DNA from: a virus
Taxonomy: Duplodnaviria > Caudoviricetes
Length of the DNA stretch: 64,000 nt
Virus record (IMG/VR): IMGVR_UViG_3300031951_000074
Span: 1-64,000 of that record
Strand: one strand, 5' to 3'
The notes under the pieces were generated by a model that was not told where the DNA came from, did not search any database, and saw nothing but the letters and a program-made list of their open reading frames with translations. Both the position numbers and the translations under genes were made by a program. This document shows positions 45,486 to 53,301 of this stretch, in pieces. Every line of letters begins with the position of its first letter. Positions within the stretch are counted from its first letter, which is position 1.

Positions 45486-45917
45486 ATGCATTTAAAAATC
45501 CTACCAGACAATTCTGTATTATTTCCATACAGTTTATCTGATCTATACAACTCAAATCCAAATACAAGTTTTCCCTCAACATTATCAGAAGAACTATTAA
45601 ATAGTTATAAAATATATTCTGTAAAAGCAACTCCACCAATACAAATCGACCCTAAAACGCATAAACTGGTACAAAGTGCAGAAAAAGTAGGTGAAATCTG
45701 GACTCAGGTTTGGAATACTGAACCACTGAATGTTGAAACCGCCAGCCTAAACGTACGAGCACACAGAAATAAATTGTTAACAAAATCAGACTGGACACAA
45801 ACAGAAGACAGTCCTGTTAACAAGGCCTCTTGGAAGACATATCGTCAAGCACTACGAGATATTAGTCTTCAAACCAACTTTCCCCATGAAGTAACGTGGC
45901 CGACACCACCAAATTGA
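45486..45917 (+). CDS. Tail fibre assembly chaperone
   Basis: RNKLL..SDWTQ...YRQALRDI...WPTPP. Confidence 0.8.
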   Translation: MHLKILPDNSVLFPYSLSDLYNSNPNTSFPSTLSEELLNSYKIYSVKATPPIQIDPKTHKLVQSAEKVGEIWTQVWNTEPLNVETASLNVRAHRNKLLTKSDWTQTEDSPVNKASWKTYRQALRDISLQTNFPHEVTWPTPPN

Positions 45918-45939
45918 GATTTAAATAAAGGAGTCCACT

Positions 45940-46404
45940 ATGGACCCTATTACTGCAATAGCTATGGCGAGTACTGCATTGGGTACAATTAAAAGCGCTA
46001 TAAACACTGGAAAGGAAATTCACGAAGTAACCAGTGAAATAGGCAAATTTTTTGGAGCGGTAACAACCGCAAGGAGTATTCCAAAAAAGAAAAAGTCTAT
46101 TTTTAAAAAGTTATTGGATAAAGGGTCCGTAGAGCAAGAAGCTCTGGAAACAATTGTCAATCAGAAAAAACTGGAGCAAATGGAGTCTGAACTACGTGAG
46201 TTAATCGTGTATACTTATGGTGTAGAAACCTACAGAGACATGATTATCTTGCGTAGAAAGATAAAACTGGACAGAGAATTAGAGGAAAAGAAAGAGCTTT
46301 TGAAAAGAAAAGAACTGTTTGAAAACTATATTTATGCAGCCGTTATAATGGGATGTGTTGGTGTAATAGCTTGGATAACAATCGTAATACTACAAAATAT
46401 ATAA
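45940..46404 (+). CDS. Coiled-coil protein with C-terminal TM (lysis-region hypothetical)
   Basis: MDPITAIAMA N-terminus, C-terminal hydrophobic segment. Confidence 0.7.
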   Translation: MDPITAIAMASTALGTIKSAINTGKEIHEVTSEIGKFFGAVTTARSIPKKKKSIFKKLLDKGSVEQEALETIVNQKKLEQMESELRELIVYTYGVETYRDMIILRRKIKLDRELEEKKELLKRKELFENYIYAAVIMGCVGVIAWITIVILQNI

Positions 46405-46408
46405 AATC

Positions 46409-46876
46409 ATGGAACAAGTATTGTGGATTTTAGGGTTCTTGCCCAAAGCTTTCTGGTTTCTTTTGTTGATAATCTCTTTTTTAGTGTTGTTATTGAATAG
46501 GCTTTTAAATAAAATTCCAGGATTTTATTTGTACAGTGGTTACATAAAAACCGCCTCCGTAATAGCACTGATTGTTTCTTCTTGGTTTATTGGATACAAC
46601 TACAATGAAACCAAGTGGCAAACAGAAATAAAAGAAACAAAACAAAAGATAGAAGTACTGGAACAAAAGAATAAAGACTTGAGTAACACACTAGAAACCC
46701 GTTCTCAAGAAAAGATTGTTGAAATACAAGAAAAAACAAGAAACGTAATAAAGTTTGTAGAAAAGCAAGTGCTCCAAGACAAAGAAGTAATTAAGTATGT
46801 AGAAAGTTGTCCAAAACTGCCAGATGCTGTATTAGAAGCACATAATAGAGCAGCTCACTTGGAGAAGCAAAAATGA
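46409..46876 (+). CDS. Inner-membrane spanin (Rz-like)
   Basis: N-terminal TM, coiled coil, C-terminal C.LP...HN; precedes a lipoprotein. Confidence 0.7.
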   Translation: MEQVLWILGFLPKAFWFLLLIISFLVLLLNRLLNKIPGFYLYSGYIKTASVIALIVSSWFIGYNYNETKWQTEIKETKQKIEVLEQKNKDLSNTLETRSQEKIVEIQEKTRNVIKFVEKQVLQDKEVIKYVESCPKLPDAVLEAHNRAAHLEKQK

Positions 46877-47130
46877 AAATTTTTGTAGGTTTAGTACTGA
46901 GTTTGTTATTAACCGGCTGTTGGAAAACTATTCCCACTTTTCCAACACCTCCGCCTTCAGCCATGGAAAGTTGCCCCGTTTTAGAAAAAGCAAATGACGC
47001 AGATTTAGAGTCTTTTATTAAAACAGTAATAAAAAACTATGAGTCTTATTATTTGTGTAAAAATAAAACAGATACTTGGATAAAGTGGTATAGTGATACT
47101 TCAAAAAACTATAAGGAATCTATTAAATGA
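46873..47130 (+). CDS. Outer-membrane spanin lipoprotein (Rz1-like)
   Basis: Lipobox LLTGC, Pro-rich, CPVL. Confidence 0.75.
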   Translation: MKIFVGLVLSLLLTGCWKTIPTFPTPPPSAMESCPVLEKANDADLESFIKTVIKNYESYYLCKNKTDTWIKWYSDTSKNYKESIK

Positions 47131-47738
47131 TTTCAGAAGATAAATTAAAGGAATTGATTCCTAAAAACAAATATGTCCCTCAGTGGTCAAAAGCTTTGAA
47201 TTTAATACTTCCAGACTACGAGATTAATAGTACACTGAGAATTGCTGCATTTTTAGCACAGTGTATTCATGAAAGTGGTGGTTTTATTTTCTTAACAGAA
47301 AACTTAAACTACAAGGCTGAAAGTTTAATGAGAGTATGGCCACGTCATTTCCCTACTTTAGAAATTGCAAAAAGCTATGAGCGTAATCCACAAAAGATTG
47401 CAAATAAGGCGTACGCAAACAGAATGGGTAATGGGGATGAAAACAGTGGCGACGGTTGGCGATACTGCGGACGCGGGTTAATTCAATTGACTGGTAAATC
47501 AAACTATCAAGCATTTGCAGACTCAATTGAAACACCACTACAAGATATTCCAGAGTATCTTCAGACATTTGAAGGAGCAGTTCAAAGTGCTTGCTGGTTC
47601 TGGGAAACAAATAACTTGAATGTGTTAGCTGACAAAAAAGATATTTTGGGATTAACTAAAAAGATCAATGGCGGAACTATTGGATTAGATGATAGAATAA
47701 AACACTACGAACATGCACTCCATGTTTTAGGAGGCTAA
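47127..47738 (+). CDS. Endolysin, glycoside hydrolase family 19
   Basis: FLAQCIHES, ENLNY, GRGLIQLTG, KKINGG. Confidence 0.92.
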   Translation: MISEDKLKELIPKNKYVPQWSKALNLILPDYEINSTLRIAAFLAQCIHESGGFIFLTENLNYKAESLMRVWPRHFPTLEIAKSYERNPQKIANKAYANRMGNGDENSGDGWRYCGRGLIQLTGKSNYQAFADSIETPLQDIPEYLQTFEGAVQSACWFWETNNLNVLADKKDILGLTKKINGGTIGLDDRIKHYEHALHVLGG

Positions 47739-47740
47739 TA

Positions 47741-48040
47741 ATGTTAAACGACAAAAAATTGTTTTTGGGATTATTGGCACTATTAATAATTCCTATCACG
47801 GCATCCTTTATAATGTTTGGAAAAGATCATTTTAGATATCAATGTCAGGATCCAAAAAATTGGAGCTCAGAACAGTGTAAGCCGCCTATATGTGATGTTA
47901 CGCGCTCTTGCCCAGAACACGTATTTAAAGGTCAAAGAGATCCGCGATTAGGGCCACCACCACCAGTCGTATTTACCGCACAGCCTCCAAGCTGTCCTAG
48001 TAGTTGTGTTGCAGGAGCACAAGATGGAAAACAAAAATAA
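47741..48040 (+). CDS. Membrane-anchored Cys-rich protein
   Basis: TM followed by RYQCQDP.NW...C.PP.C. Confidence 0.65.
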   Translation: MLNDKKLFLGLLALLIIPITASFIMFGKDHFRYQCQDPKNWSSEQCKPPICDVTRSCPEHVFKGQRDPRLGPPPPVVFTAQPPSCPSSCVAGAQDGKQK

Positions 48041-48440
48041 TTTTATGTACACAGAAGAACAGCTCATGGCAAGATTAAAGTTTTTTATAGGTGTATGTCT
48101 TGCACTAACACTGTTCGGAATTGTGTTTGTGGTACTGTACAGCATTATATTTGTTGCTCAACCATTGAATGCAATAAGTCCAATAGATCAAAAGTTCTTT
48201 GAATTGATTGTTCCTATCGCAACTTTTTTGACTGGTACATTGAGCGGTATTATGTTGGCTGGCAATAAAAAAGAAGATCAAGAAGCAATGTTGAGTGCTC
48301 AAAAACTGGCAAACGACAACTTTGCAGAAACAAAAAAGACTATTGCACGAGTTCATGAAGAAAAAAAGGAACCGGCTTTAGGTCTTCCACAACCACAAGT
48401 GTTAAAAGCCCCCATCCAACCACCACATCCGGAGATTTAA
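48024..48440 (+). CDS. 2-TM membrane protein, holin candidate
   Basis: Two hydrophobic helices within the lysis cassette. Confidence 0.5.
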   Translation: MENKNNFMYTEEQLMARLKFFIGVCLALTLFGIVFVVLYSIIFVAQPLNAISPIDQKFFELIVPIATFLTGTLSGIMLAGNKKEDQEAMLSAQKLANDNFAETKKTIARVHEEKKEPALGLPQPQVLKAPIQPPHPEI

Positions 48441-48441
48441 A

Positions 48442-48639
48442 ATGAAAAAAGTTTTTGCACTGTTAGTTTCTTTTAGTTTGTTGATGCCGGTATATGCGGC
48501 AGAAACAAAAGAAGTATGTAAGCCCAAGATGACAAAAGATAACAAAGAGGTTTTGGATAAAAATAAGAAACCTGTTATGGACTGCAAAAAAATAAAAGTT
48601 CATAAAAAGCATGAAGGAACTCCTGTACCTTCAAAATAA
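48442..48639 (+). CDS. Small secreted basic protein
   Basis: Signal peptide ending VYA; two Cys. Confidence 0.6.
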   Translation: MKKVFALLVSFSLLMPVYAAETKEVCKPKMTKDNKEVLDKNKKPVMDCKKIKVHKKHEGTPVPSK

Positions 48640-48662
48640 TCTTTAACTAACCAAGGAATAGC

Positions 48663-49349
48663 ATGGCAGTATCAAGTGGTAAAAAAGCTAGAAAAGCTCA
48701 TAACTCGGAAGACTCTTTTTTTGCAACAGAATTTAAAGAAGTCAAACCACTTAATTATATCCAAGAAACATATTTAGATGCTATAAAACATAACGATATA
48801 GTGTTTGGTGTAGGAAGTGCGGGTACTGGTAAAACCTACATTGCTGCAAATTATGCGGCACATGAACTGTATCACAGAAACATAGAAAAAGTAATATTAA
48901 CACGCCCAAACATTGAAACAGGTAAAAGTTTGGGCTTCTTACCGGGTACATTGGAAGAAAAATATCAACCATACTTAGAACCATTTGACTCAATATTTTC
49001 TAGATCTCTTGGCAAAGGATTTTACGAATACTGCTTGAAGAACAAAAGAATTGAGCCACGCCCATTGGGCTTTATGAGAGGAACTACGTTTGAAAATTGT
49101 GTTGTTTTAGTCGACGAAGCTCAAAATTGCACAAAGACCGAACTAAAAATGTTATTGACAAGAGCAGGTAGAAATTGTAAAATAATAGTTTCAGGAGACA
49201 CCGACCAGTGTGATATTGAAAACAGTGGCCTGCAGGATGCAGTGAACAGACTGAGTCACATAGAAGGAGTAGAAGTAGTTCGCTTCTTAGACTCTGACAT
49301 TGTTCGCAGTAGACTTTGTAAGAATATAATTATGGCTTATAGGAATTAA
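48663..49349 (+). CDS. phoH: PhoH-family ATPase
   Basis: GSAGTGKT, LGFLPG, MRGTTF, DEAQN, GD..Q. Confidence 0.95.
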   Translation: MAVSSGKKARKAHNSEDSFFATEFKEVKPLNYIQETYLDAIKHNDIVFGVGSAGTGKTYIAANYAAHELYHRNIEKVILTRPNIETGKSLGFLPGTLEEKYQPYLEPFDSIFSRSLGKGFYEYCLKNKRIEPRPLGFMRGTTFENCVVLVDEAQNCTKTELKMLLTRAGRNCKIIVSGDTDQCDIENSGLQDAVNRLSHIEGVEVVRFLDSDIVRSRLCKNIIMAYRN

Positions 49350-49350
49350 A

Positions 49351-50121
49351 ATGGAAGAACTAAAAAGTTGCCCTGTTGGTACACTGTACTCAGAGGTAAA
49401 TCTACAAAATCATATTTTTGCCTTAGAACTTGGTGAGTACGGACCAGCAGACCCTCGTCAGCCCAACACAGAGTTTTGGCAAAACAAAATGAAGATCTGG
49501 GATGTAAATGAGGGCACCGCAATAATGAGAGTTTGCACCAGCTGTCATTTTGCAGATAAAACTGCAGAAATGCAAGACTGCATTATTGAGGGACCAGGCG
49601 GCGAGTTCAAAGAAAGCGATCTTCCATTGAACCCTGTTTGGGCAGAGATTGATGGATTACCATACTACTACTGTACCAGATGGAACATGACAATCAATCC
49701 ATTACGTACATGCAATGGTTGGCAACCAGAAGACTGGGAACCAGACGAAGACGAAGACGAGGAACACTCTAAAAACTACGTCGAAAAAGCACTTACTTAC
49801 AAACCTACAACCGGAATGGCAAGTGCAGCAAGACGAGCATTAAAGTGGAAAGACGAAGGTCGTCGTGGTGGTACACGAGTAGGATTGGCACGAGCCAATC
49901 AGCTTGTACGCCGTGAAAACCTGAGTGAGAGTACTGTGTTACGCATGTATTCTTTCTTTAGTCGACACGCTGTTGACAAACAAGCAACAGGATTTAGTAG
50001 TGGCGAAGAAGGTTTTCCTAGCCCTGGCCGAGTTGCGTGGGACTTGTGGGGTGGTGACGCTGGCGAGAGTTGGAGCAAAGCCAAGCGTGATCAAATCATG
50101 AGAAGACGAGAAAGCAAGTAA
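49351..50121 (+). CDS. Two-domain hypothetical protein (Cys-rich acidic plus basic domain)
   Basis: CTSC...C...C...C; C-terminal RMYSFFSRH...AWDLWGGDAG. Confidence 0.75.
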   Translation: MEELKSCPVGTLYSEVNLQNHIFALELGEYGPADPRQPNTEFWQNKMKIWDVNEGTAIMRVCTSCHFADKTAEMQDCIIEGPGGEFKESDLPLNPVWAEIDGLPYYYCTRWNMTINPLRTCNGWQPEDWEPDEDEDEEHSKNYVEKALTYKPTTGMASAARRALKWKDEGRRGGTRVGLARANQLVRRENLSESTVLRMYSFFSRHAVDKQATGFSSGEEGFPSPGRVAWDLWGGDAGESWSKAKRDQIMRRRESK

Positions 50122-50164
50122 ATAAAAAAGCCCGCTTAGATAATACTAAGCGGGCTTTTTGTTT
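50122..50164. terminator. Bidirectional terminator between convergent late and early blocks
   Basis: AAAAAAGCCCGCTTAG...CTAAGCGGGCTTTTT. Confidence 0.9.
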
Positions 50165-50373
50165 TAGTCGTCGTGTTCATGAACAAGGTGTTTGTAGTGT
50201 TTCATTGTTAACACAGCACCCTTCTTTTCTTCTGTTAAACGCACAATCTTTTCCATTAATTCGTGCAAGTCTTCGTCTGTTGCATCTGTTGCGTATTCCA
50301 TAAGCCGTAGCAGCAGTGGAATATTTAGTTTAACAACATCTTCTGTATCCTGACGTACAATAAATAGCATCAT
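50164..50373 (-). CDS. Hypothetical protein
   Basis: LNIPLLLRLMEYA...DLH motif; 69 aa. Confidence 0.65.
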   Translation of the reverse strand: MMLFIVRQDTEDVVKLNIPLLLRLMEYATDATDEDLHELMEKIVRLTEEKKGAVLTMKHYKHLVHEHDD

Positions 50374-50389
50374 GATCTTGTGCTTTCAA

Positions 50390-50794
50390 TTAAACTGCGT
50401 TCCAGTTTGTTCCATTAAAAACTAATGTAACACTTCCGTCTGTTGCTGCTAAAATTGTATAGCTTGCTGCATTTTCAATCGTTTCTGCTCCGTTTGGAAC
50501 AATGGTAATGTCACTTGTTTGACCGGCTTCTGATTTGATTACAACTGTTCTGCCATTAGTGCCTGCAGTTAGGTTGATCGTAACACCACCCCCAGCCCCT
50601 TGCACGCCCAAATAATAATTTGGAGTAGTACCAGCACTGTCCAGTGTATACGGACTGGCTGCATCAGTAACTGTGTAAACATTAACAGTGTCGTTTCCTA
50701 CAACAGAAATGATACCGTTGGTTACACTGATATTTGTTCCAACTTTAACTACACCGTAGCCTGTAGTTGAGGCTAATGGACTATTGAATGCCAT
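50390..50794 (-). CDS. Small fibre-domain protein
   Basis: YGVVKVG..ISVTNGIIS segment plus beta domain ending LVFNGTNW. Confidence 0.75.
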   Translation of the reverse strand: MAFNSPLASTTGYGVVKVGTNISVTNGIISVVGNDTVNVYTVTDAASPYTLDSAGTTPNYYLGVQGAGGGVTINLTAGTNGRTVVIKSEAGQTSDITIVPNGAETIENAASYTILAATDGSVTLVFNGTNWNAV

Positions 50795-50811
50795 GATTTT
50801 TTCCTTTAGAG

Positions 50812-51117
50812 TTATCCTGCTATTGTTTTCCAGTTAATACCGTCATATAATAACAACAGTCGGCCGAACTGGGTGTTTATAATAGCAAATGCTGCACCAT
50901 CAACGGTCTTGCCACCAGGTGCTGTGATTGTAATTGGGTTGACTTTGGAATTGCCCGAAAAATCTTTGACGTAATAACTTCTGCCTTTTTTGTCGCCAGA
51001 AACTGCTGGTAGTATTATGGACGAACTTGTGGCCACATTACTCAGTATTACTTCGTCATCGGTAGTAATGATATAAGGAGTAGTGGTAATTATTTTGGTA
51101 TCATAATTTATGGCCAT
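50812..51117 (-). CDS. Small fibre-domain protein
   Basis: IILP...YYVKD..G...NPITI...YDGINW, paralogous to its neighbours. Confidence 0.75.
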   Translation of the reverse strand: MAINYDTKIITTTPYIITTDDEVILSNVATSSSIILPAVSGDKKGRSYYVKDFSGNSKVNPITITAPGGKTVDGAAFAIINTQFGRLLLLYDGINWKTIAG

Positions 51118-51118
51118 T

Positions 51119-51676
51119 TTAGTCTATCCTTGTTACCGTGACTTTGGCAGCATACCCAGTTGGTCGTGTTGGATTAACCTGTGCAGCAATAGGAGAAAAA
51201 CCGGTTGTTATATCGGGACTACTCCAGCACATTTGAATATTATCACCAGCTGATAGTGCTAGTGTAAAATTACCACTTAAAAATACAATAGATAACACGT
51301 TGGTTAGTTGCAGCTCTTGAGTACTACCAACCACATCTACACCGTTTTTTCTTAACCAAATACTAAGCGTTGCAGTTCCACCACTGGTTTTTGTAGTAAT
51401 TAAATCAAATATTTGAGTGTATGTTCCAGCATTGCTGACAACAATACTATCACCGCCGCCAATGCTAACACCATTTGAAGGACCCAAAGTATCAAAGGTT
51501 ACTATGTTGACTGCATTAGCAACTGGATTGGACTGAGGTGTACTGCTACTAATAAAACCGTAATTGTTAGATCCCGCAGCTCCAGCACTGATTATTCCAT
51601 TTGTTACACTAATACCACTTCCTACTTTTACGACTCCATAGTCTGTGGCACTAGCTATATTCTGATTGTAGCTCAT
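51119..51676 (-). CDS. BclA C-terminal / C1q-TNF-like domain protein
   Basis: VTFD...AGTY...WLRKNG...LSAGDNIQ pattern; ATGA-coupled start at 51676. Confidence 0.65.
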   Translation of the reverse strand: MSYNQNIASATDYGVVKVGSGISVTNGIISAGAAGSNNYGFISSSTPQSNPVANAVNIVTFDTLGPSNGVSIGGGDSIVVSNAGTYTQIFDLITTKTSGGTATLSIWLRKNGVDVVGSTQELQLTNVLSIVFLSGNFTLALSAGDNIQMCWSSPDITTGFSPIAAQVNPTRPTGYAAKVTVTRID

Positions 51677-52167
51677 ACCACGTTCCATTCTATTCCGTTG
51701 TAGATCAAACTAATAGATCCCCAGTCTGTATTTAGAGTATAACTTGGTTGAATATCTATTGTTGAGGACGTTGCAGTTATTGTAATAGGATTTGTATTTG
51801 CAGCTCCAACACTATCTTTTACAATAAACACTTTGCCTAGAGTACCAGCTGGTAAGTTTATTGTAACTGTGCCATCATAAATAACGCCTAAAAAGTATTC
51901 GTCAACAGTGGCGTTGTATGTGGGGTCGTCTATTAAAGTAACAGGAACGTTTGCAAGTGTGCCGGGGGGTCCTTGTGGACCTTCTGGTCCCTGCGGCCCT
52001 GGCGGACCCGGTGGTCCAGGAGGACCAAGCATACCGCCGTTATAATTAATAAAAAGGTCATTATCTTCGAGTAGGGGTGGCGGAGAACATGGAGCTACTG
52101 GCGGTACTGGAGGTATTACAGGACACCAACCAATAATGGGCAATAAGTGCTGTCTTTGGTTTATCAT
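51673..52167 (-). CDS. Collagen-like protein with C-terminal fibre domain
   Basis: (GXY)7 [22 protein letters not shown]; Cys/Pro-rich N-terminus; AGGAG RBS. Confidence 0.8.
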   Translation of the reverse strand: MINQRQHLLPIIGWCPVIPPVPPVAPCSPPPLLEDNDLFINYNGGMLGPPGPPGPPGPQGPEGPQGPPGTLANVPVTLIDDPTYNATVDEYFLGVIYDGTVTINLPAGTLGKVFIVKDSVGAANTNPITITATSSTIDIQPSYTLNTDWGSISLIYNGIEWNVV

Positions 52168-52231
52168 AGATAACTCCTAGTAAAAGCGCCCCCAGGTCTT
52201 TTGAACATGGGGGCCAACCGTTAATTAGAGA

Positions 52232-53131
52232 TTATCTAATATTTGTATTTGTGTTTGCTGGATTAGCGGTTTGTGTTCCACTACCAACATTGATTGCTGA
52301 GTTAGTGCTCTGAATTTGTTGGGCAATACCCCAGAGAGCATTGTAAAGCTGACCGTATTGTTGTTGCTGTTGAGCTTGCTGTTGCATCTGATTGATGTTG
52401 TTGGTTGTGTTGACCTCAACACCACGAGTACGTTCGGCTGTATCGAAACGTGCCTGTAGAGCAATAACTGCTGCATTAGCATCGCTTAGCTGACGATTTA
52501 GTGTGGCCTCATACTGTTGAGTAATAAGAGCACGTGTTTTTTCGCCGTCGTTAGAAATGTCTTTGGACAGTTCGTAACGATTTTGCATTACTTGCTGCTG
52601 AACACCATTTAACTGCTGAGAAAGCATCATTGTGCCTTGACTAACATTGTCTTTGACACCTTGAATAGCAATTAGATTTGCGCTAGTAGCTGAGTTAATT
52701 GCATTTGTTAGCTGGCCTGTTTGTGTGGCATTGCTAGTTTCTGTGGTTGCAGTGCCTAGAGCAACAGAACGATTAACATCGCCAATTGCTTGCATGAGGC
52801 TCATGTTAGCGTCAACTTGCTCAGGCGGACTACGTAGAGTTGCTCCAGCACCACTGCCGTCGTTTCCGAAAAAGTTTCCGTTGTTGCGTAGAAGGCTTCC
52901 GAGGATAAGACCTCCAATTAGTCCGCCTCCGCCACCGCCCCCGAAAAGACCGTCGCCGCCGCCGCCGCCGCCCATAATCATGCTTGGAGTTAATACTTCT
53001 GCCATTTCATTTTCCTTTTCAGTAATTTTATCAGCCAGTTTCTTGTAATAACGCTTAGCTGATTCTTCTAATTTTCTTACATCTGCTGCTATGCTGTCCA
53101 TAGTAGCAGGTACAACTGCTTCTTCTGCCAT
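52232..53131 (-). CDS. Gly-zipper plus long helical/coiled-coil protein, two possible in-frame starts (53131, 53005)
   Basis: GLFGGGGGGGLIGGLILGSLL, DGEKTRALI, Q/N-rich tail; both starts have an AAGGAAAAT RBS. Confidence 0.8.
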   Translation of the reverse strand: MAEEAVVPATMDSIAADVRKLEESAKRYYKKLADKITEKENEMAEVLTPSMIMGGGGGGDGLFGGGGGGGLIGGLILGSLLRNNGNFFGNDGSGAGATLRSPPEQVDANMSLMQAIGDVNRSVALGTATTETSNATQTGQLTNAINSATSANLIAIQGVKDNVSQGTMMLSQQLNGVQQQVMQNRYELSKDISNDGEKTRALITQQYEATLNRQLSDANAAVIALQARFDTAERTRGVEVNTTNNINQMQQQAQQQQQYGQLYNALWGIAQQIQSTNSAINVGSGTQTANPANTNTNIR

Positions 53132-53210
53132 ATTTTCCTTCCTTTGTAAGTTTTGCAGGAAGTTCGTTTCGTTGATTTTTATATTTGTTATTTTACCACC
53201 AACTTTTACT

Positions 53211-53239
53211 ATTATACTATTTTTGCTGGTAAAAAACAA
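53211..53239 (-). promoter_or_regulatory. Promoter of the 50164-53131 operon
   Basis: TTGTTT-N17-TATAAT. Confidence 0.65.
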
Positions 53240-53260
53240 TATGTAATTTTTTATGACAAT

Positions 53261-53301
53261 AAAAAAAAAAAAGCCTGCTAAAAATTTAGCAGGCTTTTTT
53301 G
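53261..53301 (-). terminator. Terminator after nrdJ
   Basis: AGCCTGCTAAA/TTTAGCAGGCT with a long T-tract on the minus strand. Confidence 0.85.
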
